Shown here in pieces: positions 1-11,957 of a stretch of 64,000 nucleotides of DNA. The notes beneath the pieces are model-generated. The model searched no databases and was not told the origin of the DNA. It worked only from the letters and a program-made list of their open reading frames with translations. Numbering within the stretch: position 1 is the stretch's first letter; each line of letters opens with the position of its first letter. Made by a program: the position numbers and the translations under genes. Source of the stretch: a virus (Duplodnaviria; Heunggongvirae; Uroviricota; Caudoviricetes); the IMG/VR virus record IMGVR_UViG_3300027734_000034; one strand, given 5' to 3'.

Positions 1-3000
1 TGTTGGTAACGCTAATGTAGTGATAGTAACTGGTACTGGTATGAATGTTGCAGGTACAACAAATATCTCTGGTAATTTAACAATAGGTTCAGCTACAGGT
101 GGTAATTTAACTGGTGCAAATGTATTAAGTGCAAATACAGGTAATTTCAGTGCTAATGTAACAGCATCATATTTCTTAGGTAATGGTAGTCAATTGACCG
201 GTCTTTCAAGTAGCAGCGGCGCCACTGGTGCTACAGGTGCAGGTGCGACTGGTGCAACTGGAGCTACTGGTTTAGGTAGTACTGGTGCGACAGGTGCAAC
301 TGGTGTAGGTAGTACTGGTGCAACTGGTGTAGGTAGTACTGGTGCAACTGGTGTAGGTAGTACTGGTGCAATTGGAGCGACGGGCGCTACTGGATTAGGT
401 AGCACGGGTGCTACAGGTGCAGCAGGCAATGACGGTGCAACTGGTGCAACTGGCTTAGGTAGTACTGGTGCAACTGGTGCAACTGGTGCAACAGGCAATT
501 TAGGTAGCACAGGTGCAACTGGCGCCCAAGGTGCAACAGGTGCAACTGGTTTAGGTAGTACAGGTGCAACTGGTGCCCAAGGTGCAACAGGTGATCAAGG
601 TGCAACAGGTGCAACTGGTTTAGGTAGTACAGGTGCAACTGGTGCCCAAGGTGCAACAGGTACAGCAGGTAATGACGGTGCAACTGGTGCTACTGGTTTA
701 GGTAGTACAGGTGCAACAGGTGCTCAGGGTGCTACTGGTTTAGGTAGCACTGGTGCAACAGGTGCAGCGGGTAATAACGGAGCAACTGGCGCTACAGGTC
801 CGATTGCAGGATCTAATACACAAATCATATTCAATGATGCAGGTACAGCAAATGGTAGTGCTAACTTAACATTTGATAAGACATCTAGCGTATTAACAAT
901 CACTGGTAACATAATAACTGGTGCAGGCACTGGCGGCAATATCACCGGAGCTAATGTTTTAAGTGCTAATTCTGGTAACTTTGCTACTACTTTGAATGTT
1001 GTAGGTAATGCTAATGTAGGTAATTTAGGATTTGGTAGTGGTATAATCACTGGTACAGGTAATGTAACTGCCGGATACTTCTTGGGAAATGGTAGTCAAT
1101 TGACCGGTATATCTACAAGTAGTAATACTATATTTAATGGCAATAGCAATGTAAGCATCCCGTCAGCAAATGGTAACATCAACTTAAGTGCTGTAGGCAA
1201 CGCTAATGTTGTAATAGTTACTGGTACTGGTATGAATGTTGCAGGTACAGCGAATATCACTGGTAACATCATAACGGGTGCAGGCACAGGTGGAAACATC
1301 AGTGGGGCTAATGTTATAAGTGCAAACACAGGTAATTTTACTGCTAATGTAACCGCATCATATTTCTTAGGTAATGGTAGTCAATTGACCGGTATTACTA
1401 GCAGCGGGGGTGCTACAGGTGCTACAGGTGCAGGTGCAACGGGTGCTACTGGTTTAGGTAGTACAGGTGCAACTGGTGCTACTGGATATGATGGTGCTAC
1501 TGGTGCAACAGGATTAGGTAGTACAGGTGCAACGGGTGCTACTGGTTTAGGTAGTACAGGTGCAACTGGTGCTACTGGATATGATGGTGCTACTGGCGCT
1601 ACAGGTCCGATTGCAGGATCTAATACACAAATCATATTCAATGATGCAGGTGTTGCTAATGGTAGTGCTAACTTAACATTCGATAAAACTTCCAGTTTAT
1701 TAACAGTTACTGGAAATATAGTAACGGGTGCAGGCACAGGTGGAAACATCAGTGGGGCTAATGTTATAAGTGCAAACACAGGTAATTTTACTGCTAACGT
1801 AACAGCAGCGTACTTCTTAGGCAATGGTAGTCAATTGACTGGACTAACTAGTTTTTCAGGCGCTACAGGCGCTACTGGATTAGGTAGTACTGGCGCGACG
1901 GGAGCAGTAGGTAGTACAGGTGCTACTGGTTTAGGTAGTACAGGCGCAACAGGTGCAACAGGCAATGACGGAGCAACTGGTGCTACTGGTATAGGTAGTA
2001 CAGGTGCTACTGGCGCTACTGGTTATAACGGAGCGACTGGTGCAACAGGACCAGTCGCTGGTAGTAACACACAAATTATATTCAATGACGCTAGCACTGC
2101 AAATGGTAGTGCTAATCTAACATTTGATAAAACAACCAATCAACTTACAGTAACCGGAAATCTTCAAGTAACAAATACCTCAAATTTAGGTTCTGTGAGT
2201 AATGTAAAAATTACAGGTGGTTCTAGCACATATGTACTAAGTACAGACGGTGCCGGTAACTTAAGTTGGGTAGCACAATCAGGGGGAGGCGGCGGTGGTG
2301 CAAGTATCAGTAATGGAAACAGTAATGTAAATATAGCTACTGCAAACGGCAATATCACTATGAGTGCTACTGGTGTTTCAAATGTAATGGTAGTAAGTAA
2401 CACCGGCGTAGTTACATCTGCCTTAACAGTGGGCGGCGGTGTCGGCGGTAATGTTACAGGTGCTAATGTGATTTCAGCTAATACAGGTACCTTTGGTGCA
2501 AATGTAACAGCAGCATTCTTCATAGGCAATGGTAGTCAGTTGACCGGTATCAGTGTAAGTGCTGGCACATTTGTGTCAAATGGCAATAGTAATGTAAATA
2601 TTCCAGCAGCAAACGGGAACGTTAATATATCAGCAGTAGGTAATGCTAATATATTGGTAGTGACTGGAACTGGCGCTAATATCACAGGTACAGCTAACAT
2701 TGCCGGTAATGCAAACGTAGGTAATTTAGGTACAGCAGGACAGATTATATCTACTGTCGCAACAGGTACTGCTCCATTAATAGTTACTTCGACCACAGTT
2801 GTAGCAAACTTAAATGCTAACGCATTGCAAGGTAATACACCTACATCTGCAAACACAGCAAATACAATTGCTCAGAGAGATGCTAACGGTAACTTGAGTG
2901 CTAACTTCTTCACAGGTAACGGTGCATTCTTAACTGGTCTTACTTTTACTACATTCAGTAATGGTAACAGTAATATAAATATACCAGCAGCAAACGGAAA

Positions 3001-5590
3001 CGTAACTGTAGCTGCGGTTGGTAACACAACATTGACAATCACTGGTACTGGCGTGAACGTAGCAGGTACTGGAAACTTCAGTGGTAATGTAAGTGTCACT
3101 GGTAATTTAAGTGCAGCTAACCTATTGGGGTCTCACGCAAATGGTAACAGTAATGTAAACATACCAGCAGCAAACGGAAACGTTAATATATCATCAGCAG
3201 GTAATGCTAACATATTAGTAGTAACTGGAACTGGCGCTAATATCAATGGCACATTGAACACTGGTAGTGGGAATATTAATACTACGGGTAACGTAAGTGG
3301 AGCATTCTTCATAGGCAATGGTAGTCTATTGACTGGCATTTTTCCAACAACATCAAGTATAGCTAATGGAAATAGTAATGTAAACGTAGTAGCAAATTCA
3401 AATGTCACTATCTCGGTAACAAGTGTACCAAACGTTGTAGTTGTAACATCAACTGGCGTTAACGTAGCCGGCACATTGAATACAGGCAGTGGTAATATTA
3501 ATACAACCGGTAATGTCAGTGGAGCATTCTTCATAGGTAATGGTAGTCAATTGACTGGTCTTACTATCAGTGCTGGCACTTCTTTAATAAATGGTAATAG
3601 CAATGTGACAGTCATAGCAAATGGTAACATTACTATGAGTGCCACTGGTACTGCTAATGTATTAGTTGTTTCTAATACCGGTGCAAACGTCACTGGAAAC
3701 GGATTTTATTCTAATACAGTTACTGCACCCTTCTTTGCAGGTAATGGTTCACTATTAACTGGTATAGCTACCAGTGGTGCATTGATTAGTAATGGTAGCA
3801 GTAATGTAAATATACCAGTTGCTAACGGAAATGTTAATATATCATCAGCAGGTAATGCAAACGTATTAATAGTTACTGACATTGGTGTTAATGTACCGGG
3901 TAATTTAACAGCTGGTAATTTAATTGGAATTTTTGCAAATGGAAATACTGATTTTAGTATTCCAGTAGCAAATGGTAATATACTTACTGATGTTGGTGGT
4001 GTAGCAAATGTTATGATAATAGCTAATACTGGTGTTCTAGTACAAGCTGCAAACACTTCATTTATTGCTAATACAATTACTGCTAACGGCGTTGCGTACG
4101 GTAATATGAATTTTAGTACCACTATACCAGTCGCTAATAACGTTGGTATAAGAGCAACTCAAGCTACATATACAGATACTATTAGTTTGGCTTCAACTTC
4201 TATCACACTAGCAGGCGCACATGGATTTGATATACCAACTATGGCAGCGTCAAATCTTCTTGTTACGTATGGTAACGCAGCAACGATGGCAATATTAGGT
4301 GCACCAACTGCTGGCAGTAATGTAACAATAACTAATAGATATGCATTGTGGGTTGGTGGTGCATCAACACCGGCTAACTCATACTTTAACGGTAACGTTA
4401 CTATTTCTGCTAACTTGACAGTTGGTAACTTAATTGGTGGTATTGCGAATGGTAATAGTAACATAAATATCCCATCAGCAAACGGAAATGTTAATATATC
4501 AGTAACTGGTACAGCTAACGTATTAGTAATATCTAACACGGGTGCTAATATATCTGGTACTGCCAACATTACTGGTAACTTAAATGCAGCTAACTTAACT
4601 GGTATATATGCAAATGGCAATAGTAACGTAAGTATCCCATCAGCTGCCGGCAATATTACTCTATCCGTCGGTGGTACTAGTAATGTAGCAGTATTTTCTA
4701 ATACCGGTGCTAATATATCTGGTACTGCAAACATCACTGGTAATCTTACAGTTCAAGGCACAAACGTAACTATTGGTTCTGGTACCGGTGGCAACATATC
4801 TGGTGCAAATGCTATAACTTCTAATAGTTATACAGCAAACGGTGCAGTTACTGGTAATGCTAACGTGAGTACAGTCACCGGTGTTATGGGTATTAGAAGT
4901 ATATCTTCAACTTATACGGACAATTCAGCAGCGGCATCCGGTACATTGTCAGTTGCAGCAGCACATGCGATTGCTACCCCAACTTATGCAGCAGCAAATA
5001 CTACAGTAACAGCAACCAATGCGGCTACTTTCTATATTCAAGCACAGCCAACTGCTGGTACGAATATGACAATAACTAACCCATATGCACTATATGTTGC
5101 AGCAGGTAACAGCTTCTTTGGTGGTAACATCATTGGTACATTAGCAAACGGAAATAGTAATATAAATATTCCTGCAGCTAATGGAAATATAAACTTCAGT
5201 TCAGCAGGTAATGCCAATGTAGTAGTTATTACTGGAACAGGGTTACGTGTAAACGGTGCAGGTGGATTAGGATATAACAGCACTATTGGTGCTAATACTC
5301 AAACAGCTAATCGTAATAATTCGGTTACTATCAGTAACATTACTGGTGCTATTACATTGTTCAGTACAATTACTACAGCAAATACAACCAATGTGTTTAC
5401 TGTTACTAATACTACAGTAGCAGCAACTGATGTAATTATATTGAGCCAACGATCTGGTACTGTTGGTAGCTATATACTCAATGTTGCTAATGTAGCAGCA
5501 GGATCGTTTGCTGTACAAATTTATAATGTAGTATCGCCTGCTGTTGCCGAAGCACCAATCATTAACTTTGCAGTAATCAAGACAGCATAA
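1..5590 (+). CDS. Large tail fibre/virion protein with collagen-like (Gly-Ala-Thr/Gly-Ser-Thr)n blocks and Asn/Gly beta-repeats; 5' end lies outside the window
   Basis: Open frame of >1850 aa; [11 protein letters not shown] runs; repeated [24 protein letters not shown] and [16 protein letters not shown] motifs. Confidence 0.8.
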   Translation, partial: VGNANVVIVTGTGMNVAGTTNISGNLTIGSATGGNLTGANVLSANTGNFSANVTASYFLGNGSQLTGLSSSSGATGATGAGATGATGATGLGSTGATGATGVGSTGATGVGSTGATGVGSTGAIGATGATGLGSTGATGAAGNDGATGATGLGSTGATGATGATGNLGSTGATGAQGATGATGLGSTGATGAQGATGDQGATGATGLGSTGATGAQGATGTAGNDGATGATGLGSTGATGAQGATGLGSTGATGAAGNNGATGATGPIAGSNTQIIFNDAGTANGSANLTFDKTSSVLTITGNIITGAGTGGNITGANVLSANSGNFATTLNVVGNANVGNLGFGSGIITGTGNVTAGYFLGNGSQLTGISTSSNTIFNGNSNVSIPSANGNINLSAVGNANVVIVTGTGMNVAGTANITGNIITGAGTGGNISGANVISANTGNFTANVTASYFLGNGSQLTGITSSGGATGATGAGATGATGLGSTGATGATGYDGATGATGLGSTGATGATGLGSTGATGATGYDGATGATGPIAGSNTQIIFNDAGVANGSANLTFDKTSSLLTVTGNIVTGAGTGGNISGANVISANTGNFTANVTAAYFLGNGSQLTGLTSFSGATGATGLGSTGATGAVGSTGATGLGSTGATGATGNDGATGATGIGSTGATGATGYNGATGATGPVAGSNTQIIFNDASTANGSANLTFDKTTNQLTVTGNLQVTNTSNLGSVSNVKITGGSSTYVLSTDGAGNLSWVAQSGGGGGGASISNGNSNVNIATANGNITMSATGVSNVMVVSNTGVVTSALTVGGGVGGNVTGANVISANTGTFGANVTAAFFIGNGSQLTGISVSAGTFVSNGNSNVNIPAANGNVNISAVGNANILVVTGTGANITGTANIAGNANVGNLGTAGQIISTVATGTAPLIVTSTTVVANLNANALQGNTPTSANTANTIAQRDANGNLSANFFTGNGAFLTGLTFTTFSNGNSNINIPAANGNVTVAAVGNTTLTITGTGVNVAGTGNFSGNVSVTGNLSAANLLGSHANGNSNVNIPAANGNVNISSAGNANILVVTGTGANINGTLNTGSGNINTTGNVSGAFFIGNGSLLTGIFPTTSSIANGNSNVNVVANSNVTISVTSVPNVVVVTSTGVNVAGTLNTGSGNINTTGNVSGAFFIGNGSQLTGLTISAGTSLINGNSNVTVIANGNITMSATGTANVLVVSNTGANVTGNGFYSNTVTAPFFAGNGSLLTGIATSGALISNGSSNVNIPVANGNVNISSAGNANVLIVTDIGVNVPGNLTAGNLIGIFANGNTDFSIPVANGNILTDVGGVANVMIIANTGVLVQAANTSFIANTITANGVAYGNMNFSTTIPVANNVGIRATQATYTDTISLASTSITLAGAHGFDIPTMAASNLLVTYGNAATMAILGAPTAGSNVTITNRYALWVGGASTPANSYFNGNVTISANLTVGNLIGGIANGNSNINIPSANGNVNISVTGTANVLVISNTGANISGTANITGNLNAANLTGIYANGNSNVSIPSAAGNITLSVGGTSNVAVFSNTGANISGTANITGNLTVQGTNVTIGSGTGGNISGANAITSNSYTANGAVTGNANVSTVTGVMGIRSISSTYTDNSAAASGTLSVAAAHAIATPTYAAANTTVTATNAATFYIQAQPTAGTNMTITNPYALYVAAGNSFFGGNIIGTLANGNSNINIPAANGNINFSSAGNANVVVITGTGLRVNGAGGLGYNSTIGANTQTANRNNSVTISNITGAITLFSTITTANTTNVFTVTNTTVAATDVIILSQRSGTVGSYILNVANVAAGSFAVQIYNVVSPAVAEAPIINFAVIKTA
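205..2100 (+). repeat. Intragenic collagen-like tandem repeats and three GP(I/V)[12 protein letters not shown] modules
   Basis: ggtgcaact/ggtgctact/ggtagtact 9-nt units; near-identical ggtccgattgcaggatctaatacacaaatcatattcaatgatgcagg at ~797 and ~1604, diverged third copy at ~2048. Confidence 0.9.
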
Positions 5591-5613
5591 ATATTTTTAT
5601 AAAAGGAAACAAT

Positions 5614-5937
5614 ATGTCAATATCATATACATGGACAATAGAAAATATGGCTTCTCAAGTGCAATTAGATGGTTATACAGATGTAGTCGTACAAGTAGCC
5701 TGGAGTTGCACTGGAATTGACGGTGCTTATTCAGCAACTATACCAGGATTAACTAGAATCACATTTGGCGGTGGACCAGATTTTACCCCATATAGTGATT
5801 TAACAGAAGAAGAAGTATTAACTTGGGTATATAGTTCTGGAGTAGATCAAGCTAGTGTTCAAGCACAGATTGATAATCAAATAGAATTACAGATAAATCC
5901 CCCTATCGTAATGTTACCTTTACCTTGGACTAATTAA
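5614..5937 (+). CDS. Tail-fibre-associated small protein (DUF7936-like)
   Basis: YTWTI..VVxQVAWSC..FTPYSDLTEEEVLTWV..LPW pattern; AAGGA RBS; ATAAATA upstream. Confidence 0.6.
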   Translation: MSISYTWTIENMASQVQLDGYTDVVVQVAWSCTGIDGAYSATIPGLTRITFGGGPDFTPYSDLTEEEVLTWVYSSGVDQASVQAQIDNQIELQINPPIVMLPLPWTN

Positions 5938-5939
5938 AA

Positions 5940-6848
5940 ATGATTTTATTTGGAATGACCCTTACCGGCGGATTTACTATATCTAAACCGGACTTGAGTT
6001 CTGTTGAATATCTAGTAGTCGCCGGCGGCGGCTCTGGTGGTGGTGGACCAGGTGGCGGCGGTGGAGGTGCAGGAGGCGTATTATCTAGTAGTAGTTTTTC
6101 TATATCATTAGGCACTCCATATACGGTTACAGTTGGTGGTGGTGGCGCAGGTGTTAGTTATGGCGCATATGGTAACTACGGAAACGCCAGTGTGTTTAGT
6201 TCTGTCACTGCCACAGCGGGGGGACGAGGGGCAGTTGGTGGTATAGGCACAAACGTAGGTGGCAACGGTGGTTCTGGGGGCGGTGGCGGTTCTGGCCCAA
6301 ACAGTGGTGTGTTAGGAAGCGCAGGCGGTACCGGGGTATCAGGTCCACCTATTCAAGGATATGCCGGCGGCTACGGTACACAGGTCAGTGGAGCACATCA
6401 ACAAGGTGGCGGCGGTGGTGGTGGAACAAGCATTGGTGGAAATTCATCTACGTCTGGATCCGGTCCGGCAGGTGACGGCGGTACAGCCGTGTATAGTACT
6501 ATCTCTGGTGCAAATGTTTCATATGCCGGTGGAGGCGGTGGCGGTGGACACTATACTGGCACGACACGCGGTGGTTATGGTGGCGGAACAAATCCTGCAA
6601 CAGGCGGCGGAGGTAATGGTGCAAATCAAGATACCAATGGAACCGCAGGCAGTGCTAACACCGGTGGCGGTGGAGGTGGTGGTGGTAATGGACCAACATC
6701 AGGTCAAGCAGGCGGCTCTGGTGTTGTTATTGTCCGTTATCCAGATAGTTTTGCAGCAGCATCAAGTACTACAGGTAGCCCAACTATCACTGTTACCGGC
6801 GGATACAGAATATACATCTGGACTAGTTCAGGTTCAATAACTTTCTAA
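5940..6848 (+). CDS. Glycine-rich virion/receptor-binding protein
   Basis: VEYLVVAGGG...GGSGVVIVRYP...GGYRIYIWTSSGSITF. Confidence 0.7.
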   Translation: MILFGMTLTGGFTISKPDLSSVEYLVVAGGGSGGGGPGGGGGGAGGVLSSSSFSISLGTPYTVTVGGGGAGVSYGAYGNYGNASVFSSVTATAGGRGAVGGIGTNVGGNGGSGGGGGSGPNSGVLGSAGGTGVSGPPIQGYAGGYGTQVSGAHQQGGGGGGGTSIGGNSSTSGSGPAGDGGTAVYSTISGANVSYAGGGGGGGHYTGTTRGGYGGGTNPATGGGGNGANQDTNGTAGSANTGGGGGGGGNGPTSGQAGGSGVVIVRYPDSFAAASSTTGSPTITVTGGYRIYIWTSSGSITF

Positions 6849-6855
6849 AGCAAAT

Positions 6856-7842
6856 ATGATCATAGGTAATTTATCTGTTGCAGCTGGGGGTGTTGATTTT
6901 TCATTCCCGACCATTTCATCTATCGACTACTTAGCAGTAGGTGGCGGCGGTGGCGGTGGTGTGGGTACTGCTTGGGATACTGACTCGGGAGGCGGTGGTG
7001 GCGGTGGTGGAGGATTCATTGAAAGAACAAATATTTCAATCACCCCTGCTACACTTTATACTATTACCGTAGGCGCAGGGGGCGCCGGTGGATTAGTAAC
7101 TAATGGCAGCGGTATTGGCGCTACAGTAGCAGCAGCTACCAACGGGAACACATCATCTATAACAACTTTAGTTAATGCACGTGGAGGTGGAAGTGGCGGA
7201 TATTATACTCCAACAAATGGCCGTACTGATGGCGACGTCGGCGGGTCTGGGGGCGGGGCAGGTTCAGGTGGTGGTGGTCAAGATCAATTTGGAGGAGCTG
7301 GTAATGTACCGGCAGCAACTCCACCTCAAGGTTATGCTGGTGGAAGAAATTACACAAGTGATGTACAAGGGGCTGCCGGTGGAGGCGGAGGCGCTGGGGC
7401 TGCCGGGGCAAACGGAACCGCAGCAAGGGGAGGAAATGGTGGTATTGGGGCAATCACTACATTTATTAGTACTACATTAGCTACTAGTTTAAGTGTAGGG
7501 CAAGTAAGCGGGGGTTCTGTGTATTTTGCAGGCGGTGGAGGCGGATCTACAGGATCCACAATTAATCAAGGACTTGGTGGTCTTGGTGGAGGTGGTAACG
7601 CAAGATATAATGCTAATGTAGTATCAAGTCTACCTAACACAGGTGGAGGTGGAGGTGGATTAGGATTTGGTGCAAATAACATGACCGGGGGAACTGGTGG
7701 TTCGGGTATTGTAATCATACGAGTCACAGATTCAGTTTACAACAACTCATCAAACATCATTGTTACCGGCACTGTATCGAATACGGTGATAGATGGGTAT
7801 AAATTATTCATTTTTACCGGTAGCGGAACAATAACTTTTTAA
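6856..7842 (+). CDS. Glycine-rich virion protein, paralog 2
   Basis: IDYLAVGGGG...GGSGIVIIR...FTGSGTITF. Confidence 0.7.
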   Translation: MIIGNLSVAAGGVDFSFPTISSIDYLAVGGGGGGGVGTAWDTDSGGGGGGGGGFIERTNISITPATLYTITVGAGGAGGLVTNGSGIGATVAAATNGNTSSITTLVNARGGGSGGYYTPTNGRTDGDVGGSGGGAGSGGGGQDQFGGAGNVPAATPPQGYAGGRNYTSDVQGAAGGGGGAGAAGANGTAARGGNGGIGAITTFISTTLATSLSVGQVSGGSVYFAGGGGGSTGSTINQGLGGLGGGGNARYNANVVSSLPNTGGGGGGLGFGANNMTGGTGGSGIVIIRVTDSVYNNSSNIIVTGTVSNTVIDGYKLFIFTGSGTITF

Positions 7843-7852
7843 GGATATATAA

Positions 7853-8776
7853 ATGTTAATAACTTCAGGAGTGACTATTGGATTAGGTGTAACGATTATA
7901 CCCCCTATCCCTACACCATCAACAGTAGAATATCTAGTAGTTGCCGGTGGAGGTGGTGGCGGTACCATTGGTGGTGGCGGCGGTGGCGGCTACTTAGCCG
8001 CAAGTGGCTTTGCAGTTCCTACAGGTTCAGCAATTACAGTAACTGTAGGTGCTGGCGGCGCGGTACCAGTGGGAAGTTACCGTATCGGTGGCAACGGTGC
8101 TAATTCTTCTATAACTGGAACAGCAGTATCCGTTGTTTCCGTTGGTGGGGGAGGCGGCGGCGCTTACTACTATAACTATGGGGAGATGGACGGGGCTAAT
8201 GGTGGCTCAGGTGGCGGCGCTGGCGTTACATATGGCGGTGATAGTCATGCAAATGGAAATCCGGGTACAGGTGTTGTTGGGCAAGGTAATAACGGAGGAA
8301 CAGTTTCAGCTACTGCTGGGGGTGGTGCAGGCGGCGGCGGCGGAGCAGGTGCGGTTGGTGGTGCCGGCTCAGGTAGTACAGGTGGTGCCGGCGGTATCGG
8401 TGTCTTAAATGCTATCACTGGTACTAGTTATTATTGGGCAGGCGGTGGCGGTGGCGGTTGGTCGCCAGCTGGTGCAGGCGGTAACGGTGGCGGACAAGGC
8501 GGCGCTGGGCCAGGATCGTCTGGGGCTATGGGGAGCGGACTTAATTCTGCTACCATATATGGTGCAGGACAAAATACAGGTGGTGGCGGTGGTGGGAATT
8601 ACCCATTTTCCGCCGGGCCTGCTGGGTTTACTAATACAGGTGGTTCTGGAATCGTTGTTATTCGTTATCCAGATAGTTATCTAGCAGCAACAAGCACTAC
8701 AGGTAGCCCAACTATTACAACTACCGGTGGATATAGAATATATACTTGGACTAGTTCAGGATCGATAACTTTTTAA
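7853..8776 (+). CDS. Glycine-rich virion protein, paralog 3
   Basis: VEYLVVAGGG...GGSGIVVIRYP...GGYRIYTWTSSGSITF. Confidence 0.7.
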   Translation: MLITSGVTIGLGVTIIPPIPTPSTVEYLVVAGGGGGGTIGGGGGGGYLAASGFAVPTGSAITVTVGAGGAVPVGSYRIGGNGANSSITGTAVSVVSVGGGGGGAYYYNYGEMDGANGGSGGGAGVTYGGDSHANGNPGTGVVGQGNNGGTVSATAGGGAGGGGGAGAVGGAGSGSTGGAGGIGVLNAITGTSYYWAGGGGGGWSPAGAGGNGGGQGGAGPGSSGAMGSGLNSATIYGAGQNTGGGGGGNYPFSAGPAGFTNTGGSGIVVIRYPDSYLAATSTTGSPTITTTGGYRIYTWTSSGSITF

Positions 8777-8821
8777 TTAACATAGTTTAATTAATAAATA
8801 TATATTATAAAGGAGACATAA

Positions 8822-9172
8822 ATGAGTCATTTTGCAAAAGTAGAAAACGGAATAGTCACTTCAGTGATTGTTATAGAACAAGATGTATTAAATACTGGTT
8901 TGTGGGGAGACCCAGCATCTTGGGTACAAACAAGCTATAACACATACGGTGGAGAGCATCGTCTAGGTGGGACCCCAATGCGTAAAAATTACGCAGGACT
9001 TGGATACACATATGATAGTGAACGAGATGCATTCTATGCACCTCAACCTTACCCAAGCTGGACATTGAATGATGATACATGCCAATGGGAACCACCTACC
9101 CCAATGCCAACTGATGATAAACAGTACAGTTGGGATGAAGAAACTGTTTCATGGAAAGAAATCACAGTCTAA
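8822..9172 (+). CDS. Conserved phage protein typically found next to Gly-rich tail genes
   Basis: MSHFAKVENG..WVQTSYNT..RKNYAGLGYTYD..WDEE; AGGAG RBS. Confidence 0.6.
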   Translation: MSHFAKVENGIVTSVIVIEQDVLNTGLWGDPASWVQTSYNTYGGEHRLGGTPMRKNYAGLGYTYDSERDAFYAPQPYPSWTLNDDTCQWEPPTPMPTDDKQYSWDEETVSWKEITV

Positions 9173-9190
9173 CAAAATGATAAGTAGAAT

Positions 9191-9625
9191 GTGAATGTAT
9201 TTCAATTAAACTATGAAACAAGACTTAAGAGTTGGTACGACTTAAGAAAATCCCTAGAAAACAGTGATATAGAAACCGTTTGTCTAGCAATAGACAAATG
9301 GTGGCAATATGCACCTCTATTAAACCATCATCTACACCCAGATGATGTAGATAACTGGCCCGGACCATGGGAATTACTAGTAGAAAATAACTACTGTCAA
9401 CTCAGTAGAGGATTAGGAATGGTATACACACTGCAATTAGTGGGCATCAAAGACATTGACTTTTGCCTAGCAATAGACGATAATAGTGAAGAATGTGCCT
9501 TAGTCATGGTCGATAACGCAAAATATATACTGAATTACTACCCTAACACGGTAATAAGTAATAGTCTACAAGATTTTAAGTTGGGCAATCCAGTGAATAT
9601 GGATATAATAAATAAAAAAATATAG
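9191..9625 (+). CDS. Hypothetical phage protein
   Basis: 144-aa ORF with GTG start; WPGPWELL..NYC motif. Confidence 0.55.
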   Translation: MNVFQLNYETRLKSWYDLRKSLENSDIETVCLAIDKWWQYAPLLNHHLHPDDVDNWPGPWELLVENNYCQLSRGLGMVYTLQLVGIKDIDFCLAIDDNSEECALVMVDNAKYILNYYPNTVISNSLQDFKLGNPVNMDIINKKI

Positions 9626-9632
9626 GTGATGA

Positions 9633-11948
9633 ATGATTAATGTTTTAAAACGCAATGGCAAAAAAGAGCCATTAATGTTAGAGAAATGGCAAGCACAAGT
9701 AGCAAAAGTATGTACAGGAATCGCTGATGTAAGCCCGAGTATGGTTGAGATCAAAAGTCAACTACACTTTTACGATGGAATCACTACAAGTCAGATAGAT
9801 AGTATAACATTACGAGCAATCGTTGATTTGATTGACGTAGAAAGTAACCCTGAAGTTGGACATACGAATTATCAGTATGTAGCAGGAAAGCAGCGTATGA
9901 GTATGCTGCGTAAGGATGTATATGGTCAATATGAGGTTCCGCACCTCTACGATATTGTGAAAAAGAATGTAGCTACAGGATTGTATACAAGTGAATTACT
10001 AGAATGGTATACTGAGGAAGATTGGAACAAAATGAATGATATTATAGATCATTCTAAAGATGAGACTTATAGTTATGCCGCTATTGAGCAACTTATCGAA
10101 AAGTATCTAGTAAAAAATCGCAGCACTAAGGAAATATATGAAACTCCGCAAATTCGCTACATGGTTGCAGCAGCTACCGTCTTCCATAGTGAAGAACCAA
10201 ACACAGCAAGACTCAGATACATCAAAGAATACTACAATGCTGCTAGTGATGGTCTTTTTACATTGGCTACCCCTGTGCTTGCTGGCCTGGGAACTCCAAC
10301 TAAGCAATTCAGTAGTTGTGTGCTTATTCGCAGTGACGATGATCTGGACAGTATCTTTGCTTCGGGAGAGATGATGGCCAAGTATGCTAGCAAACGTGCT
10401 GGCATTGGTCTAGAAATTGGAAGATTGCGTCCGTTAGGCAGTCCCATCCGTGGTGGAGAGATCATGCACACCGGCATGATACCTTTTCTAAAGAAGTGGT
10501 TCGGTGATCTACGTTCATGTAGTCAAGGAGGTATCCGTAATGCTAGTGCTACTGTTTTTTATCCTATTTGGCATCATCAGTTTGATGATCTTATTGTTCT
10601 CAAGAACAATCAAGGCACAGAAGAAACCCGTGTGCGACACATGGACTATGGTGTGGTTCTATCCGCATTTTTCTGGAAGAGATTCAAGAACAAAGAGAAC
10701 ATAACATTCTTTGACCCTAACGAAGTACCTGACTTGTATGAAGCATTTTATAAAGATACTAATCTGTTTGAAGAACTTTACTGCAAATATGAAAAGCAGA
10801 AAACCCTGCGTAAGAAAACGATGGCTGCGGAGGAAGTTTTCAAGAGTGGTATTCTCAAGGAACGAACAGACACTGGACGTATATATCTAGTGTTCATTGA
10901 CAATGTGATGAAGCAGGGTCCATTTGATCCCGAGTATCATACAATTTACCAGAGTAACTTATGCTGTGAAATACTTTTACCCACTAGATCCTTTAAGCGT
11001 CTTGATGATCCTGATGGTCGCATTGCCCTTTGCACTTTGGGCTCAATCAACTGGGGAGCCTTCAGAAATCCGGAAGACATGCGTCGGGCTTGCCGTATTC
11101 TACATAGGAGTCTTAACAATATATTGGATTACCAGGACTTCTTAAGTATTCAATCTAAACTTAGTAACGATGAGATACGCCCATTAGGCATTGGTGTAAC
11201 TAATTTAGCATACTGGCATGCTAAACGCAGTCTTAAGTACGGCGAGAAAGATGCATTGGCTGAAGTCAAAATTTGGGCAGAACATCTAGCATTCTATCTA
11301 ACAGAAGCAAGTGTAGAACTTGCTAAAGAAAGAGGTAAGTGTGAAGGTAGCGACAAGACAAGATATGGTCAAGGAACATTTCCGTGGGAACTAAGAGCCA
11401 AAGGTGTTAATCAACTAACTGACTTTAACCCAGAATTAGATTGGGAAACACTACGCACAAATATGAAAGAACACGGTGTACGTAATGCTACGCAAATGGC
11501 TATCGCTCCTGTAGAATCAAGTAGTGTAGTTATTAACAGTACAAATGGTATTGAAATGCCAATGAGTTTGATATCTGTAAAAGAAAGTAAAGCAGGTAGC
11601 TTCACTCAAGTAGTTCCAGAATATCACAAATTAAAGAACAAGTATCAGTTGATGTGGGAGCAGAAAGACTGTGATGGTTACTTAAAGACCGCAGCAGTAC
11701 TAGCAGCATACATCGACCAGAGCATAAGTACTAACACATTTTATAATCCTGCTCATTTTGAGGGTCGTAAAGTTCCAACTACATTGATTGCAAAGAATCT
11801 GATGCAAGCACATATGTGGGGACTTAAGACTTTCTATTATAGCTTGATTAACAAACAGGGTAGTAAAGCACCCGATGAGATAGCCCCAACAATGTTGGAA
11901 CCAATCGACTTTGATAATGAAGAAGATTGTATTGCATGTAAATTATAA
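9633..11948 (+). CDS. nrdA: Ribonucleotide reductase class Ia alpha subunit
   Basis: N-terminal KRNG ATP-cone-like start, QFSSC, SNLCCEI catalytic motif, KTFYY, C-terminal CIAC. Confidence 0.97.
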   Translation: MINVLKRNGKKEPLMLEKWQAQVAKVCTGIADVSPSMVEIKSQLHFYDGITTSQIDSITLRAIVDLIDVESNPEVGHTNYQYVAGKQRMSMLRKDVYGQYEVPHLYDIVKKNVATGLYTSELLEWYTEEDWNKMNDIIDHSKDETYSYAAIEQLIEKYLVKNRSTKEIYETPQIRYMVAAATVFHSEEPNTARLRYIKEYYNAASDGLFTLATPVLAGLGTPTKQFSSCVLIRSDDDLDSIFASGEMMAKYASKRAGIGLEIGRLRPLGSPIRGGEIMHTGMIPFLKKWFGDLRSCSQGGIRNASATVFYPIWHHQFDDLIVLKNNQGTEETRVRHMDYGVVLSAFFWKRFKNKENITFFDPNEVPDLYEAFYKDTNLFEELYCKYEKQKTLRKKTMAAEEVFKSGILKERTDTGRIYLVFIDNVMKQGPFDPEYHTIYQSNLCCEILLPTRSFKRLDDPDGRIALCTLGSINWGAFRNPEDMRRACRILHRSLNNILDYQDFLSIQSKLSNDEIRPLGIGVTNLAYWHAKRSLKYGEKDALAEVKIWAEHLAFYLTEASVELAKERGKCEGSDKTRYGQGTFPWELRAKGVNQLTDFNPELDWETLRTNMKEHGVRNATQMAIAPVESSSVVINSTNGIEMPMSLISVKESKAGSFTQVVPEYHKLKNKYQLMWEQKDCDGYLKTAAVLAAYIDQSISTNTFYNPAHFEGRKVPTTLIAKNLMQAHMWGLKTFYYSLINKQGSKAPDEIAPTMLEPIDFDNEEDCIACKL

Positions 11949-11957
11949 AGGAAAAAC

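Noticed and set aside
205-2050. Short tandem repeats as a possible CRISPR array
   Set aside because: In-frame 9-nt collagen codon repeats without unique spacers; no cas genes
190-8684. Many minus-strand and alternate-frame ORFs (PVAPVA.., LPLP..) in the fibre and Gly-rich genes
   Set aside because: Shadow frames of repetitive coding sequence; no RBS or independent features
5940-8776. Similar 3' ends of Gly-rich paralogs as DGR template/variable repeats
   Set aside because: Differences are mostly synonymous rather than adenine-specific, both copies are coding, and no reverse transcriptase is in the window
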